NCBI GenBank assembly: GCA_965223265.1
Contig: OZ244999.1
Location: forward strand, 1,344,001 to 1,408,000
DNA length: 64,000 nt
Origin: Planctomycetota bacterium
GTDB lineage: Bacteria > Planctomycetota > UBA8108 > SXIK01
Reading direction: 5' to 3'
Below, piece after piece: positions 1-10,466 of the stretch (position 1 is the first letter of the stretch; the number at the start of each line of letters is the position of its first letter). The position numbers and the translations under genes were made by a program. The notes below the pieces were generated by a model. It had not been told where the DNA came from. It ran no database searches and worked only from the letters and a program-made list of their open reading frames with translations.

Positions 1-1432
1 GCGCGCTGCCGTTTTCAACGAGGGGAACCGGCCTGCCGTCGCGCGATGTGAACGGCATGTGCGGATCGAGGCCGAACGCGTGGTAGATCGTCGCCGCGAG
101 GTCTTCTGGGCTCGTCGGATCCTCCGCCGGATAGGCGGCGTACTTGTCGGAGCGTCCGTGCACCGCACCGCCGCGAATGCCGGCGCCGGCGAGAAGCGCG
201 GGGAAGCAATGCGTCCAGTGACCGCGACCCCAGTTCGCGTTGCCCTTTGGCGTGCGCCCCATCTCGCCGACTGCGACGACGAGCGTCTCGTCGAGGAGAC
301 CGCGTTCATGGAGATCTGTCAGCAGCGCTGAGTACGCCTGGTCCAGTCCAGGCAGCAGGTGTTTCTTGAGGTCGTGGCTATTGCGGTGCGAATCCCAGCT
401 GTAGCCGTCGGGCGCATCCCAGGTCACCGTCACGAACCGCGAACCTGCTTCGATGAGTCGTCGCCCCATGAGGACGGACTGGCCGAAGAGATGGCGGCCA
501 TAGCGCTCGCGCGTCGCTTCGGATTCGAGGCGGATATCCAGCGCCGTTCTGATTTCCTGCGACGTCGCTAGCTCGAGCGCCCGCCGACGGATCTTGCCGA
601 GCGCGTCCACATTGTCGCTGGCGTCCAGTGAGCGCTGCGCACTCTCGAACTGCTCGAGAAGTGATCGCCGCCTGGCGAAGCGATCGAGTCGCATCTCCGA
701 ACGCGGCGTCAGTCCTTTGAGCTGGAAGTCGAGCTCATCCTCCGTGCAATTGCGGAAGAACGGATTGTCGTTCTCGTCGCGGCGTTCGATGCCCGTCGCC
801 AGGGCATTGTAACCCCTGCCCAACCAGCCAGCGTATTGACCGCCGCGATCGATGCCCTGCAGCGCTCCGAGGCGATTCGGCAGGTACATATAGTCTGGGA
901 GCTTGCGCGCCTGGCCATCGTAGCGCTGTGAGAGGTACTCGATGACCGAGCCCATCGCCGGCCACTCGTCCGCGCCGATCGGAGTCTCGTCCGGGGTCGG
1001 TCCGAACCGCGCTGGATGCGGGCGACCGGTCTGGATGTAGTGAACGCTGCCGTGATCGTTGTAGGGATGGTTCAGCGTCCGAATGACCGCGAGTTTGTCC
1101 GTCAGCTTTGCGATCCGCGGCAAATGCTCCGACACGATCAATCCTGGCGTGCGCGATGGGATCGGTTGGAACGGCCCGCGGATCGAGGTCGGCGCCTCCG
1201 GCTTCATGTCGAAGGTCTCGAGCTGACTCGGCCCACCAAAAAGCAGGAGGAAGAGGACCGACTTCGCCCGCCCGCTTTGGAACGGAGTCGCTGCATTCGC
1301 GGCGACTGCTTCTTCCGCAGCCAAGAGCTTCGAGAGGCTCATGCCGAACAGACCTGCCCCTGCGGCTTGCAAGACTTCGCGACGTGTGAGTCCACTACAG
1401 ACGCGCTGTCGGGATCCCGAAATCGTCAGCAT
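1..1432 (-). CDS. DUF1501 family protein (Tat-type signal), 3' end runs off the window
   Basis: Not in the ORF track (no stop inside the window). Read by hand from ATG at 1432: MLTISGSRQRVCSGLTRREVLQAAGAGLFG...AKSVLFLLLFGGPSQLETFDMKPEAP...; near base 1 it reads ATIYHAFGLDP...RPVPLVENG, a typical DUF1501 C-terminus. Confidence 0.9.
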   Translation of the reverse strand, partial: MLTISGSRQRVCSGLTRREVLQAAGAGLFGMSLSKLLAAEEAVAANAATPFQSGRAKSVLFLLLFGGPSQLETFDMKPEAPTSIRGPFQPIPSRTPGLIVSEHLPRIAKLTDKLAVIRTLNHPYNDHGSVHYIQTGRPHPARFGPTPDETPIGADEWPAMGSVIEYLSQRYDGQARKLPDYMYLPNRLGALQGIDRGGQYAGWLGRGYNALATGIERRDENDNPFFRNCTEDELDFQLKGLTPRSEMRLDRFARRRSLLEQFESAQRSLDASDNVDALGKIRRRALELATSQEIRTALDIRLESEATRERYGRHLFGQSVLMGRRLIEAGSRFVTVTWDAPDGYSWDSHRNSHDLKKHLLPGLDQAYSALLTDLHERGLLDETLVVAVGEMGRTPKGNANWGRGHWTHCFPALLAGAGIRGGAVHGRSDKYAAYPAEDPTSPEDLAATIYHAFGLDPHMPFTSRDGRPVPLVENGSA

Positions 1433-1697
1433 CGCAACCTCCTGAGATCGGACCGCATCAGAAGCGACGCCTCATGTTAACCCCGCGGCGCTAAGTTCCA
1501 CAACAGCGGTGCTCTCCCCTCACGGCCCCGGCACGGAGTGCATGGCGGGTCGGCCTGCCGCCTGCGATTCGCCATCGGCCTCGGACCCGCCTGGTACGAT
1601 CGAAATGCACCCCAAAGTGACGTACGACGTGAGGCGAGAGCGCCGGTCGCGGCCCTTCGTCAGCGCGCACGCACCGCAGCGCGACCCCGCCGGTCCC

Positions 1698-1726
1698 TTG
1701 ACGCGGGTGAGCGGCCGCGGGACAAT
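1698..1726 (+). promoter_or_regulatory. Candidate sigma-70 promoter for the downstream DUF1501 gene
   Basis: TTGACG-17 nt-GACAAT ending about 40 nt upstream of ATG 1768. Confidence 0.4.
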
Positions 1727-1767
1727 ACGCTTCTGCCGAAGAACCAACCTTCTGAGCGGAGTGAACC

Positions 1768-3282
1768 ATGCGCAATGCGAACTGGTCTCACGCGACAATC
1801 TCGCGCCGAACAGCCATCCAGGCGGGTGCGGTAGGGCTGCTCGGACTAGGCTCCAACCACCTCCGTGGGCTTCAGGCCGCGGCGGCCGACGAGAGCGCTC
1901 CGCGCCCGACAGCCAAGTCATGCATCTATATCTTCCTCTCGGGAGGGTTGGCCCAACACGACAGCTTCGACATGAAGCCGGACGCGCCGGCCGAGATTCG
2001 CGGCGAGTTCAATCCGATTTCGACCAAGACGCCGGGAGTCCAGATCTGCGAACACCTGCCGATGCTCGCCGCACGGAGTGACAAATGGGCATTGGTCCGG
2101 TCACTCACGCATCCGACGAACGGGCATACGAAGGGGCATTTCTTCATGCTGACAGGCCGCAGCGAAGCGCCTCCCGGCTTCGCGGGCGACCGACGTCCTC
2201 GCCCGACGGACTGGCCGTCGATTGCTTCCGTCGTTGGCGATGTGGTGCGACAGCAAGACTCGCACCGCGCAGCATCTGGTAGCGCAGCAAATGATCGACA
2301 GCCCAAGAACAACTTGCCGCCGGCCGTCGTGTTGCCGGAACGGCTCGTGCATTGGTCAGGTGGCGTCATTCCAGGTGCGTACGGTGGGATGATGGGGCGA
2401 CATCGCGACCCGTTCTTCGTGGAGGCGACTTCCTACGGAGATCCGTTCTGGCGCGGCGCCTATCCCGAGTACACGTTTCACCAGCTACCCAAGAAAACTC
2501 CAACTTCCGCTCCGCCAACGGTGTTTCAGGCGCCGAGCCTCAAGCTGGTCGCCGACATGAGCACGCGGCGCTTTCGCGGACGGCTGCATCTGTTGGACGC
2601 GTTGAACGCCCAGCGACGGGAGCTGGCAGAATCTGCCGCCGTCGAGATGTACGACAAACATCGACAGTCCGCTATTTCTCTGCTGGACAGCGCAGAGGTC
2701 GAGCGGGCCATCAATGTGACGAACGCAGATGAGAAGATGCAGGAGCGATATGGTAAGAACAGTTTTGGCTGGTCGCTCTTGATGGCGTTTCGATTGGTCG
2801 AGGCAGGGGTCAATCTTGTGCAAGTGAATCTTGGCAACAACGAAGCGTGGGACACACACGGCGACGCTTTCTGGCGTCTACGCGAAAAACTTCTGCCACC
2901 TACTGACCGCGCACTTTCCGCGCTGCTTGACGATCTCGACGCTAACGGACTCCTCGACAGCACAATGGTTGTCATGGGCGGCGAGTTTGGTCGAACTCCC
3001 AAACTTTCCGTGCTGCCCGAACACTACAGAGCACCCGGCCGCGATCACTGGGGGGCGGCGCAGACGCTGTTCTTCGCTGGCGGCGGCGTCCGCGGCGGAA
3101 CCGTGATTGGCGCCACGGACAAAACCGGCGCCTACCCGGCCCACAGCCCGCAGCGACCTGAGAACATGGCGGCGACGATTTATCAGGCGCTGGGGATTCC
3201 GCGGAGCACGGTTTGGTACGACGAGGTCGACCGTCCGCATCACGTGTATCACGGCGAACCGATTGCGGGATTGATGGCGTAG
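1768..3282 (+). CDS. DUF1501 family protein (Tat signal)
   Basis: SRRTAIQ twin-arginine leader; KSCIYIFLSGGLAQHDSFDMKP, WDTH, GEFGRTP and GRDHW motifs. Confidence 0.92.
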   Translation: MRNANWSHATISRRTAIQAGAVGLLGLGSNHLRGLQAAAADESAPRPTAKSCIYIFLSGGLAQHDSFDMKPDAPAEIRGEFNPISTKTPGVQICEHLPMLAARSDKWALVRSLTHPTNGHTKGHFFMLTGRSEAPPGFAGDRRPRPTDWPSIASVVGDVVRQQDSHRAASGSAANDRQPKNNLPPAVVLPERLVHWSGGVIPGAYGGMMGRHRDPFFVEATSYGDPFWRGAYPEYTFHQLPKKTPTSAPPTVFQAPSLKLVADMSTRRFRGRLHLLDALNAQRRELAESAAVEMYDKHRQSAISLLDSAEVERAINVTNADEKMQERYGKNSFGWSLLMAFRLVEAGVNLVQVNLGNNEAWDTHGDAFWRLREKLLPPTDRALSALLDDLDANGLLDSTMVVMGGEFGRTPKLSVLPEHYRAPGRDHWGAAQTLFFAGGGVRGGTVIGATDKTGAYPAHSPQRPENMAATIYQALGIPRSTVWYDEVDRPHHVYHGEPIAGLMA

Positions 3283-3786
3283 GCCTCCGGCCGTCGCGGC
3301 TATCACTCGTGCGTCTTCTCTACTTCTTCGAGAAGTGATCCGCGAGTACCTCACGACTGTCATGCCCCGGGGTCATAGTCCATTAAAGAAGAGACGTCGG
3401 GAGAGAGCGCAAGAAAACCTTCAACAGAAGGAAACGATGGGCAACGAAGAGGCGTTCGGAGAATAGAATTCCTTCTTGGTCTTCCTCGTGGACTGATCGG
3501 TCGCACCGATTCAGTTTTTTCACCGGTGAGGCTAGCAACGGCTTTGCGGCGCCGAAGCTTCTCGGAAGGAATTCCGCACCGTCTCGACTCCAGACGTGAA
3601 CTGTTGCGGAGGAAGCGACCAGCCACCGTTGGAGTTTGCGGCATAGGAGTGGCGTCTTCTCCTAATCTTCAACGTCGCCGAATTCACCCGCCTTCACCAC
3701 GAGTCGTTGACCGCGTCCCGTCGCCAAGCCAGCGTCGTCACTTATAGCTCTTCGCGGCAGAACAACGTGACGGAGATGAGACACCT

Positions 3787-5040
3787 GTGAAGCGAATTCG
3801 CTACCTCGACGCGCTGCGGGGCGTCGCAATTTTCGGGATACTCCCCGCGAACATCGCCATGTTTGGCCTTCCGCTGTCGACGTACACCGATCCGGCGTGG
3901 CCTACGGGCGGCTCAGCGCGCGAGTTGGTCGCGTTTGGCTTCGTTCGCTTTTTCTTTGATTACAAATTCATCACCTTGTTTTCACTCTTGTTTGGCGCCG
4001 GGCTGATGATCGTGCGACTTCGGGCGGACGCGACAGGGAGGTCTGTGCCAGGCCTCGTGGTGCGTCGTCTTTTGGCGCTGTGGCTATTTGGGATCGGGCA
4101 CGCGGTGTTGCTGTGGTTTGGCGATATCGTTTCGTACTACGCTCCAATTGGCTTGCTACTTGTGTGGGCTGGGAAATGGGAGGTCAAGACCCTGAAGATC
4201 GTAGGACTCGGGCTCCTGCTCGTTCCTGCCGTGTTCATGATCATCGCAATCCCAGTGGTGTTCGCAATCCAAGACGATCCGCGGTTCGCCGAAGTATTCG
4301 CGGGAACGGGCGACGCGACTTTCGGGGGCGACTACCAAGCGGGGTCGGCCCTCGGCGACTGGGGGAGCTTCTTCAAGTCTTTCGAGCATTGGGGCCCCGG
4401 TCTCGAGACGGACGTGTATCGCGAGGGTGGGTTCGCCCGCATTACGATCATCCGGGTTTTGCACTGGTTCATCGGCTTGTTTATGTTCGGCATCTACTTC
4501 GCGTGGCGCATCGGAGGGCTGTTCTTACTTGGAATGGCGTTCGTGAAGAGCGGCCTGCTGCGCGAGCCGGAAAAGCACCTCGGCACGTTCAAGCGGGCGG
4601 CAACCCTCGGGCTGATCGTGGGCCTGCCGCTCCACATCGCCAACCTCGCGCTGTCCCTTGCACCCCACGTGAGCGCGGGCTGGACTGTCGTCGCCGAACT
4701 CTGTCTCTATATCGGGAGCTTCGGCTTCTCGGCTGCGATTGCGGGCACGATCGCGTGGCTCGTGGCGCGTCCGAAGTTTCCGGGATGGCTCGTTCCGTTC
4801 GAGGCGATCGGCCGCACTGCTTTCACAAACTACCTGCTGCAATCGCTCGTCTGCACGACGATCTTTTACAGCTATGGGCTCGGCTACTTTGCGACTTGGG
4901 ATCGCTCACAACTTTGGCTCGTCGTCGCCGGAGTCTGGGCGGCGCAGCTCTCAATCAGTCCGCTGTGGATCTACCGTTACAGGACTGGGCCCGTGGAGTG
5001 GGCGTGGCGTAATCTGGCGTACGTCGGTATGAAGAAGTAA
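3787..5040 (+). CDS. DUF418 (YeiB-like) membrane protein
   Basis: N-terminal RIRYLDALRGVAIFGILPANI, KFITLFSLLFGAG, GRTAFTNYLLQS and C-terminal GPVEWAWR; many TM segments. Confidence 0.88.
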   Translation: MKRIRYLDALRGVAIFGILPANIAMFGLPLSTYTDPAWPTGGSARELVAFGFVRFFFDYKFITLFSLLFGAGLMIVRLRADATGRSVPGLVVRRLLALWLFGIGHAVLLWFGDIVSYYAPIGLLLVWAGKWEVKTLKIVGLGLLLVPAVFMIIAIPVVFAIQDDPRFAEVFAGTGDATFGGDYQAGSALGDWGSFFKSFEHWGPGLETDVYREGGFARITIIRVLHWFIGLFMFGIYFAWRIGGLFLLGMAFVKSGLLREPEKHLGTFKRAATLGLIVGLPLHIANLALSLAPHVSAGWTVVAELCLYIGSFGFSAAIAGTIAWLVARPKFPGWLVPFEAIGRTAFTNYLLQSLVCTTIFYSYGLGYFATWDRSQLWLVVAGVWAAQLSISPLWIYRYRTGPVEWAWRNLAYVGMKK

Positions 5041-5230
5041 GCCGTTCGTTCACCGAGTTTCGAGTTTCTGCTGGTCCTGAGGCTATGCGCAGTCACACGG
5101 CCAGGAGCACGTCCAGGCGAGACGGAATAACATCTGCGATCCCGAGTCGAAAGCAGATCCTTGTGACGGTCGCGGCGAGCTGCTAAGTTCGTCGACCTAT
5201 TGACGCATCGCTGCGGAGAGGTGAATCGCT

Positions 5231-7144
5231 GTGACGGACGGGGAACGCTACTCGTTGGGGTGGAAGGCGGCGTACTGCGCCTTGTCCGCGTCGCTCATGG
5301 GGTTTGCGTGGGGCTATCGGGGGACGGTTGGGCATGAGGCGGGGGCAATGGTGCCGGGGGCGCTGCTGGGACTCGCGCTGTGCATCGGTGCGCCCCGGGC
5401 GGACTGGCATCGCCGCGGCGCGGTGGCTGGGCTCTTCGGTGCGGCGGGCTGGGCATGGGGCGGCTCGCTGAGCTACATGGAGCACACGTTCTACGTCGCG
5501 TCCGATTCATTCCCCGACATCCTCTACGGCTACGCGATGCTGTTCTTCTTGGGCGCGCTTTGGGCAGGGTGCGGCGGAGCGATCTTGGGGATGGCGTTCA
5601 CTCTGTCGCGCTCCGATCTCGCGATGTATGCGCGGGTCTTTGCATTCGTGAGCGGACTCTTTTTCGTTTCGTATGTCGTATTTCGACTCAATCCCGAGCT
5701 CGCCGAAGCGAATGAAACCTTGACGGTGCGCCATTTCCACGACGGAGATTGGCTCTCGGCGACGCTGACGATCGTGGCTGGCGCCGTCTACTGGTTCGTT
5801 CGTCCCCGAGATCGCGCTGCGACGAAACTGTTCCTCGCTGCGGCGATCGGTTGGTGGATCGGATACGGCGTTTTGACCCAAGGGCTCGGCCTTCGCCTTG
5901 CCCCATGGCACCGCAGCGAAAGCTGGAGCGGTGTCCTCGGTGTCCTCGTCGTCCTGGCCGTCCACCACGTACGTACGCGCAACACTGCCGCGCTCCTCCT
6001 TTGTCGGTATGGAGTTCTCGGCGGCGGCATCGCCTTTGCTGTGGCCGTCTTTCTGCGTCATCCGGCCATGGCGAACTGGGGTGTCTTTGCAGAGTGGCCT
6101 TTCTTCGCGGGTTGGCGATTCTCCGAAGTCTCCTTTGGCGTGCTCATGGGCGGCGCCATGGCCCTCGGCGCCATGCGTCTCATCCAGGGAGGCATCCACG
6201 TCGCGAGGGACGACGGTCCTCGAGTGGGGCTGGACGTCTTTGCGGTGTTCGCGATCTTGATTGCGTTGCCGTGGATGAACTTTCGCCGCCATCTCGTGCG
6301 CTGGATCCGCGCAACGCCAGGATCGACCGAACCCGGTTTCTTAGGTCTGAGCGTGGTAGCCTGGATCCTCATCGTGGCAGCAGCCTTGTCGATGCTTGGA
6401 GGCTACATCCTGTACCGCTATTACCGCGGCGACAGAACCCTCGTCCCCGCATCGGCCTTGGGAAAGGCCGCGGCGCTCACGCTCATCGCCACATGGCTGA
6501 ACGTGGTCGGCCAACTGTTCGATGGCCTACCCAATCGGGGCGTCTTGTTCGGACATCTCTTGCTGTGGATTCCTGCTCTGATCGGCTCCGCGCTGGTCAT
6601 CGTTTTCGCGACGGAAAGACGACACCGTGGGGCGGCCACGGAAACGGTTGAGCCAGCCGACTCGCGTTGGCGGGTCGGCATCGGCCACTATCTCGTCTGC
6701 GGTTTTGTTCCAGTGCTCCTCCTCGGTCTGGCGGGAATGAATGCCTCCATGCAGGAGGCACCCCTGGGCGGCCATGCGCGAAAGCGGTTCGGTCCGGATG
6801 CGTACCATGTGAAGACCGGACGACTGATTGGCACGTGGACCTGTCTAAAACGGGTTCGCGACGCCGACGACCTGGAAGCACTGCCGGACCCACCGCCGCT
6901 CGGGACTCTCTCGTTCGACGCGTATCGCAATGTGATCGCCACGCTCGTCGACGGCAGCGAGGTCGCGGCCCACCGGTGGTCGCTGATGAATCAGTACACC
7001 TGGCTCGATTGGTACGACCGCGCGCCGGATCATGCCGAGAAGGGGCGGGCTCCGCTTCGTTTTGAAGGTGAGTCGCTCTTGATCGAGTGGCCCCCGGGCG
7101 ACGGAGGGGACGGGTTTCTGCTGTTTCGCCGCGTTGCGGATTAA
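5231..7144 (+). CDS. Large multi-pass membrane protein of unknown function with a soluble C-terminal domain
   Basis: 637 aa; GFAWGYRGTVGHEAGAMVPGA motif; over a dozen hydrophobic stretches followed by a hydrophilic tail (LIGTWT...). Confidence 0.75.
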   Translation: MTDGERYSLGWKAAYCALSASLMGFAWGYRGTVGHEAGAMVPGALLGLALCIGAPRADWHRRGAVAGLFGAAGWAWGGSLSYMEHTFYVASDSFPDILYGYAMLFFLGALWAGCGGAILGMAFTLSRSDLAMYARVFAFVSGLFFVSYVVFRLNPELAEANETLTVRHFHDGDWLSATLTIVAGAVYWFVRPRDRAATKLFLAAAIGWWIGYGVLTQGLGLRLAPWHRSESWSGVLGVLVVLAVHHVRTRNTAALLLCRYGVLGGGIAFAVAVFLRHPAMANWGVFAEWPFFAGWRFSEVSFGVLMGGAMALGAMRLIQGGIHVARDDGPRVGLDVFAVFAILIALPWMNFRRHLVRWIRATPGSTEPGFLGLSVVAWILIVAAALSMLGGYILYRYYRGDRTLVPASALGKAAALTLIATWLNVVGQLFDGLPNRGVLFGHLLLWIPALIGSALVIVFATERRHRGAATETVEPADSRWRVGIGHYLVCGFVPVLLLGLAGMNASMQEAPLGGHARKRFGPDAYHVKTGRLIGTWTCLKRVRDADDLEALPDPPPLGTLSFDAYRNVIATLVDGSEVAAHRWSLMNQYTWLDWYDRAPDHAEKGRAPLRFEGESLLIEWPPGDGGDGFLLFRRVAD

Positions 7145-7707
7145 CCCCAACACTGGCGCGCCTTGCGCGTTTGCGCGAGAAAAAGAGGATCGCGCCAAGC
7201 CCGCGAAGCTCGCACTCGCAACCGCTGTCCTGCTTTGAGCGATTCTTGAGTCACCGCGCGTGTACCGAGTAGAACGGGAATTTCGTTGCCCGGCACTCGG
7301 CTGCGACTCGTCGAGACGATGCTCCCGGTACTCATCGAGTTGGGCGTCTCGGGACTGCACGTTGTCACAGCCGAAGCACAGACCCCTCCCTGAGTGGGGT
7401 TGTTCAGAGGCAGCTGCTTCGAATGAACAAAATCCAAGTCCGACCCGGGCAGACATGACGGATGTAGAAAGTCGCAGGATCAAGCACCGGGAGGAGTGCA
7501 GGCCCTTCGCCGCAAGTGTGCCTCTTGAAATCGCTTCGTCGATCGTCGATCTTCGAACTCGTTGGGACGTGTCTCCCTACATGCAATTCGTGGTCCCTGT
7601 CCGTGGAACTGCCCAGGACAGGTTCCCAGCGGTGGTCCACTTGGTACCTGTAGAGTTCAGACAGATGCGTATCCGCCCCGTGCAGCTTGGCTGTGAGGAC
7701 ATTGCAA

Positions 7708-8895
7708 ATGAAGATCAAGGAAGTCCGCGTCATCGTCACCTCACCGGGGAGGAATTTTGTCGTCGTCAAGGTAGTTACGGACGACGGGGTCTACGGAGTC
7801 GGTGAAGGCACACTCAATGGCAGTGAGCTGGCGGTGGCGGAGGCGTTGCGTCACGCCTCGGGCCTACTCATCGGTATGGATCCCCAGCGAATCGAGGATA
7901 TCTGGCACTTCCTGTATCACCATTCCTACTGGCGGGGTGGTCCGGTGCAGATGGCCGCCATCGCAGCCGTCGATCTCGCGCTTTGGGACATCAAGGGCAA
8001 ACTCGCGAAGATGCCCGTGTACCAGCTCCTGGGAGGCAGGGCGCGTCAGGGCTGCATGGTGTACGGTCACGCGAGCGGCGGTACGTACGACGAGATCACT
8101 CGGTCGGTACGCAGCCTCCAGCAGCGCGGGTATAAAGTCATTCGCGTGCAGCATGGACCCTACGGTGGTCCGGGCTCGCGACGGTCCGAAGAACCCCGCC
8201 GTCCGGGCATCCCCGCGGTGCGGACTTTTGAGCCCACGCCCTATCTGATCGATACGCCCCGCATGTTCGAGCACTTGCGACGCGAGCTTGGCGACGAAGT
8301 GGAGCTGTGCCACGACGTGCACGAACAGCTCACGCCGCAGCAGGCGGCCGACCTCGCCAGGAAGCTGCAGGACTTTCGCCTCTTCTTCCTCGAAGACCCC
8401 GTGAGGCCCGAGCACAAAGCGAGCTTCAAGATGGTCCGGGAGGCATCCACCACACCGCTGGCGATGGGAGAGCTCTTCGTCTCGCGATGGGACTGCCTGC
8501 CGCTCTTCGTCAACCAATGGATCGACTACATCCGCATCAAGCCTCTGCACGTCGGCGGCATTACGGAGGCCAAGAAGATCCTCGCCATGGCCGAGCCCTA
8601 TCAGGTCAAGAGTGCGTCGCACGGCGCCATGGATATAGGACGCATCGGTCAAGCGGCTTCGGTGCATGTCAACCTGACCATCCCCAACTTCGGCATCCAG
8701 GAGTGGGTCGATTTTCCGCGGGAAGCTCACGAGGTTTTCCCGGGCGGTGCCATGTACCACGATGGCTACGCGCTCCCGCCGGAGACGCCCGGGCTGGGCG
8801 TGGACGTCAACGAGGCGGCAGCCAAGAAGTACCCGTACCGCAAGGCCTACATGCCGCTTGTGCGACGGGAGGATGGGACGATGCACGTCTACTGA
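7708..8895 (+). CDS. manD: Enolase-superfamily sugar-acid dehydratase, ManD/RspA subgroup
   Basis: MKIKEVRVIVTSPGRNFVVVKV, GTLNGSEL, YWRGGPV, HDVHEQ, FFLEDP, MGE and C-terminal YMPLVRREDG match the mannonate dehydratase/RspA pattern; actual substrate not certain. Confidence 0.75.
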   Translation: MKIKEVRVIVTSPGRNFVVVKVVTDDGVYGVGEGTLNGSELAVAEALRHASGLLIGMDPQRIEDIWHFLYHHSYWRGGPVQMAAIAAVDLALWDIKGKLAKMPVYQLLGGRARQGCMVYGHASGGTYDEITRSVRSLQQRGYKVIRVQHGPYGGPGSRRSEEPRRPGIPAVRTFEPTPYLIDTPRMFEHLRRELGDEVELCHDVHEQLTPQQAADLARKLQDFRLFFLEDPVRPEHKASFKMVREASTTPLAMGELFVSRWDCLPLFVNQWIDYIRIKPLHVGGITEAKKILAMAEPYQVKSASHGAMDIGRIGQAASVHVNLTIPNFGIQEWVDFPREAHEVFPGGAMYHDGYALPPETPGLGVDVNEAAAKKYPYRKAYMPLVRREDGTMHVY

Positions 8896-8919
8896 CCGAC
8901 GCGCGAGGAGCAGAGTCGC

Positions 8920-10359
8920 ATGTCACCCGATGGAAACCATGACTTGAGAGCCGGCGTTTCTCGAGTCGCCATCACGGCGCCACTCGGCATCCGGATGATG
9001 GGGTACACAGTGCAGGAGTGCTTGGCGGAGTCAGTAGAGCGTCAGCTGACAGCGACGGCGCTCGTCCTCGCCAGTGCCGAGACCACCGTCGTTCTCATCG
9101 CCTGCGACCTTCTCTTCATCCAGAGTCCCTACGTCGACCGCGTCCGCGAGAGCGTAGCTAACGCACTGGGCCTCTCCGCAGAGGCGGTCCTCATCAACTG
9201 TAGCCACACTCATTTGGGACCGATGCTGCCCGGGTGGCACGCGGACACGCCCGAGCAGACGGAGCTGCAAGCCCAGTACTTTTCGTTTCTGGAGGATGCT
9301 CTCGTGCGCGTCTCCACGGACGCCTCGGCGTGCCGCGAGCCGGCGCGCATCGGAGGAGCGCGCGGTACCACCGCGATCGGCATGAATCGCAGGGAGAGGC
9401 TGGCGGACGGCAGCGTCATCATCGGTGAGAATCCCGCCGGCCCCGTCGACCGCGACGTCCACGTCCTGCGCATCGACGACCTTGCCGGCAGACCTTTGGC
9501 GACGGTGTTCTCGGCTGCGGCGCATACCGTCGTCCTCGGTCCAGCGACTGCGCAGCTCTCTCCGGACTATGTCGGCCCGGCGCGCAAGATCGTTGAAACG
9601 ACAACCGGTGCGCCGTCGCTCTTTCTGCAAGGAGCCGCGGGCAACGTCAACCCGCGATGCGGCATCGGCGCCGGAGGCGGGGAGCAGCACGACGACCTCG
9701 AGCGTTTGGGGGCGGAGCTCGGCGGCGAGGTCCTCAGCGCATGGGCGGGGATTCGCACGCACAACCGCCAGGGACCGCGGCGTGTCGTGCGCTCCGTAGC
9801 GGCGATTTCAGTCTGGGACTACGAGCCTGTACCCGCCAAATGTGTGGAGCACTTCGCCCTCGCGTCGAGACGCCTGACCTTGCCGTTGGCTCCGCTGCCC
9901 TCGCGCAGGCTGGCAGAGTCGAGCGTAGAGGCCCATCGCGCGCGCCTCGAGGAAACCGAGGCGAGTGGCGCTTCCGTGGGTAGAGTGCAAGTGGCGCGCC
10001 GGCTGCTTCACTGGGCAGAGAACGTCCTTCGTGCCGTCGACGCCGGTGAGAACCCGCCTCGCAGGGAGCTCATATTCTGGGCTTGGTGTGTCAACGACAT
10101 CGCGCTCGTCGCCGTCTCCGGGGAACCCTTTGCTGAGCTTGGCCTCGAGGTCAAGCGTCGCTCACCGTTCGCGCACACTCTCTTCCTCGGCTACAGCAAC
10201 GGCTGCATCGGCTATCTGCCCACCCCGGAAGCGTTCGACGAGGGTGGCATGGAGGTCTACGAGTCCTACCAGAACTATCTGCTCCCCGCTCCACTGACGA
10301 ACGAATGGGGGCCGGCGGTCGTGCGCACGGCGCTGGAGCTTCTCGAGGGCCTCAAGTAG
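8920..10359 (+). CDS. Neutral/alkaline ceramidase N-terminal-domain family hydrolase
   Basis: LRAGVSRVAIT, NCSHTHLGP, GMNRR, LFLQGAAGNVNP, GEPFAELG, GYSNGCIGYLP. Confidence 0.8.
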   Translation: MSPDGNHDLRAGVSRVAITAPLGIRMMGYTVQECLAESVERQLTATALVLASAETTVVLIACDLLFIQSPYVDRVRESVANALGLSAEAVLINCSHTHLGPMLPGWHADTPEQTELQAQYFSFLEDALVRVSTDASACREPARIGGARGTTAIGMNRRERLADGSVIIGENPAGPVDRDVHVLRIDDLAGRPLATVFSAAAHTVVLGPATAQLSPDYVGPARKIVETTTGAPSLFLQGAAGNVNPRCGIGAGGGEQHDDLERLGAELGGEVLSAWAGIRTHNRQGPRRVVRSVAAISVWDYEPVPAKCVEHFALASRRLTLPLAPLPSRRLAESSVEAHRARLEETEASGASVGRVQVARRLLHWAENVLRAVDAGENPPRRELIFWAWCVNDIALVAVSGEPFAELGLEVKRRSPFAHTLFLGYSNGCIGYLPTPEAFDEGGMEVYESYQNYLLPAPLTNEWGPAVVRTALELLEGLK

Positions 10360-10466
10360 AGGGGCGCGCCGGGTCTCCGGTGTCGTCCACGGGCGCAGCT
10401 CGCCGCGGAGTCGCGGAGCTGCAACAGAAGAAGGCGACGGACATACACGTAGATGAAGCTTCCACC

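Noticed and set aside
3645-3725. Possible fluoride-riboswitch-like stem (AGGAGTGGCGTCTTCTCCT) upstream of DUF418
   Set aside because: The conserved downstream AAYCGC...GCTRATGAC elements are not recognisable; an Infernal/Rfam scan would be needed.
7154-7210. REP-like imperfect palindrome (TTGCGCGTTTGCGCGAGA...TCGCGCCAAGCCCGCGAA)
   Set aside because: Too degenerate and single-copy in this window to call.
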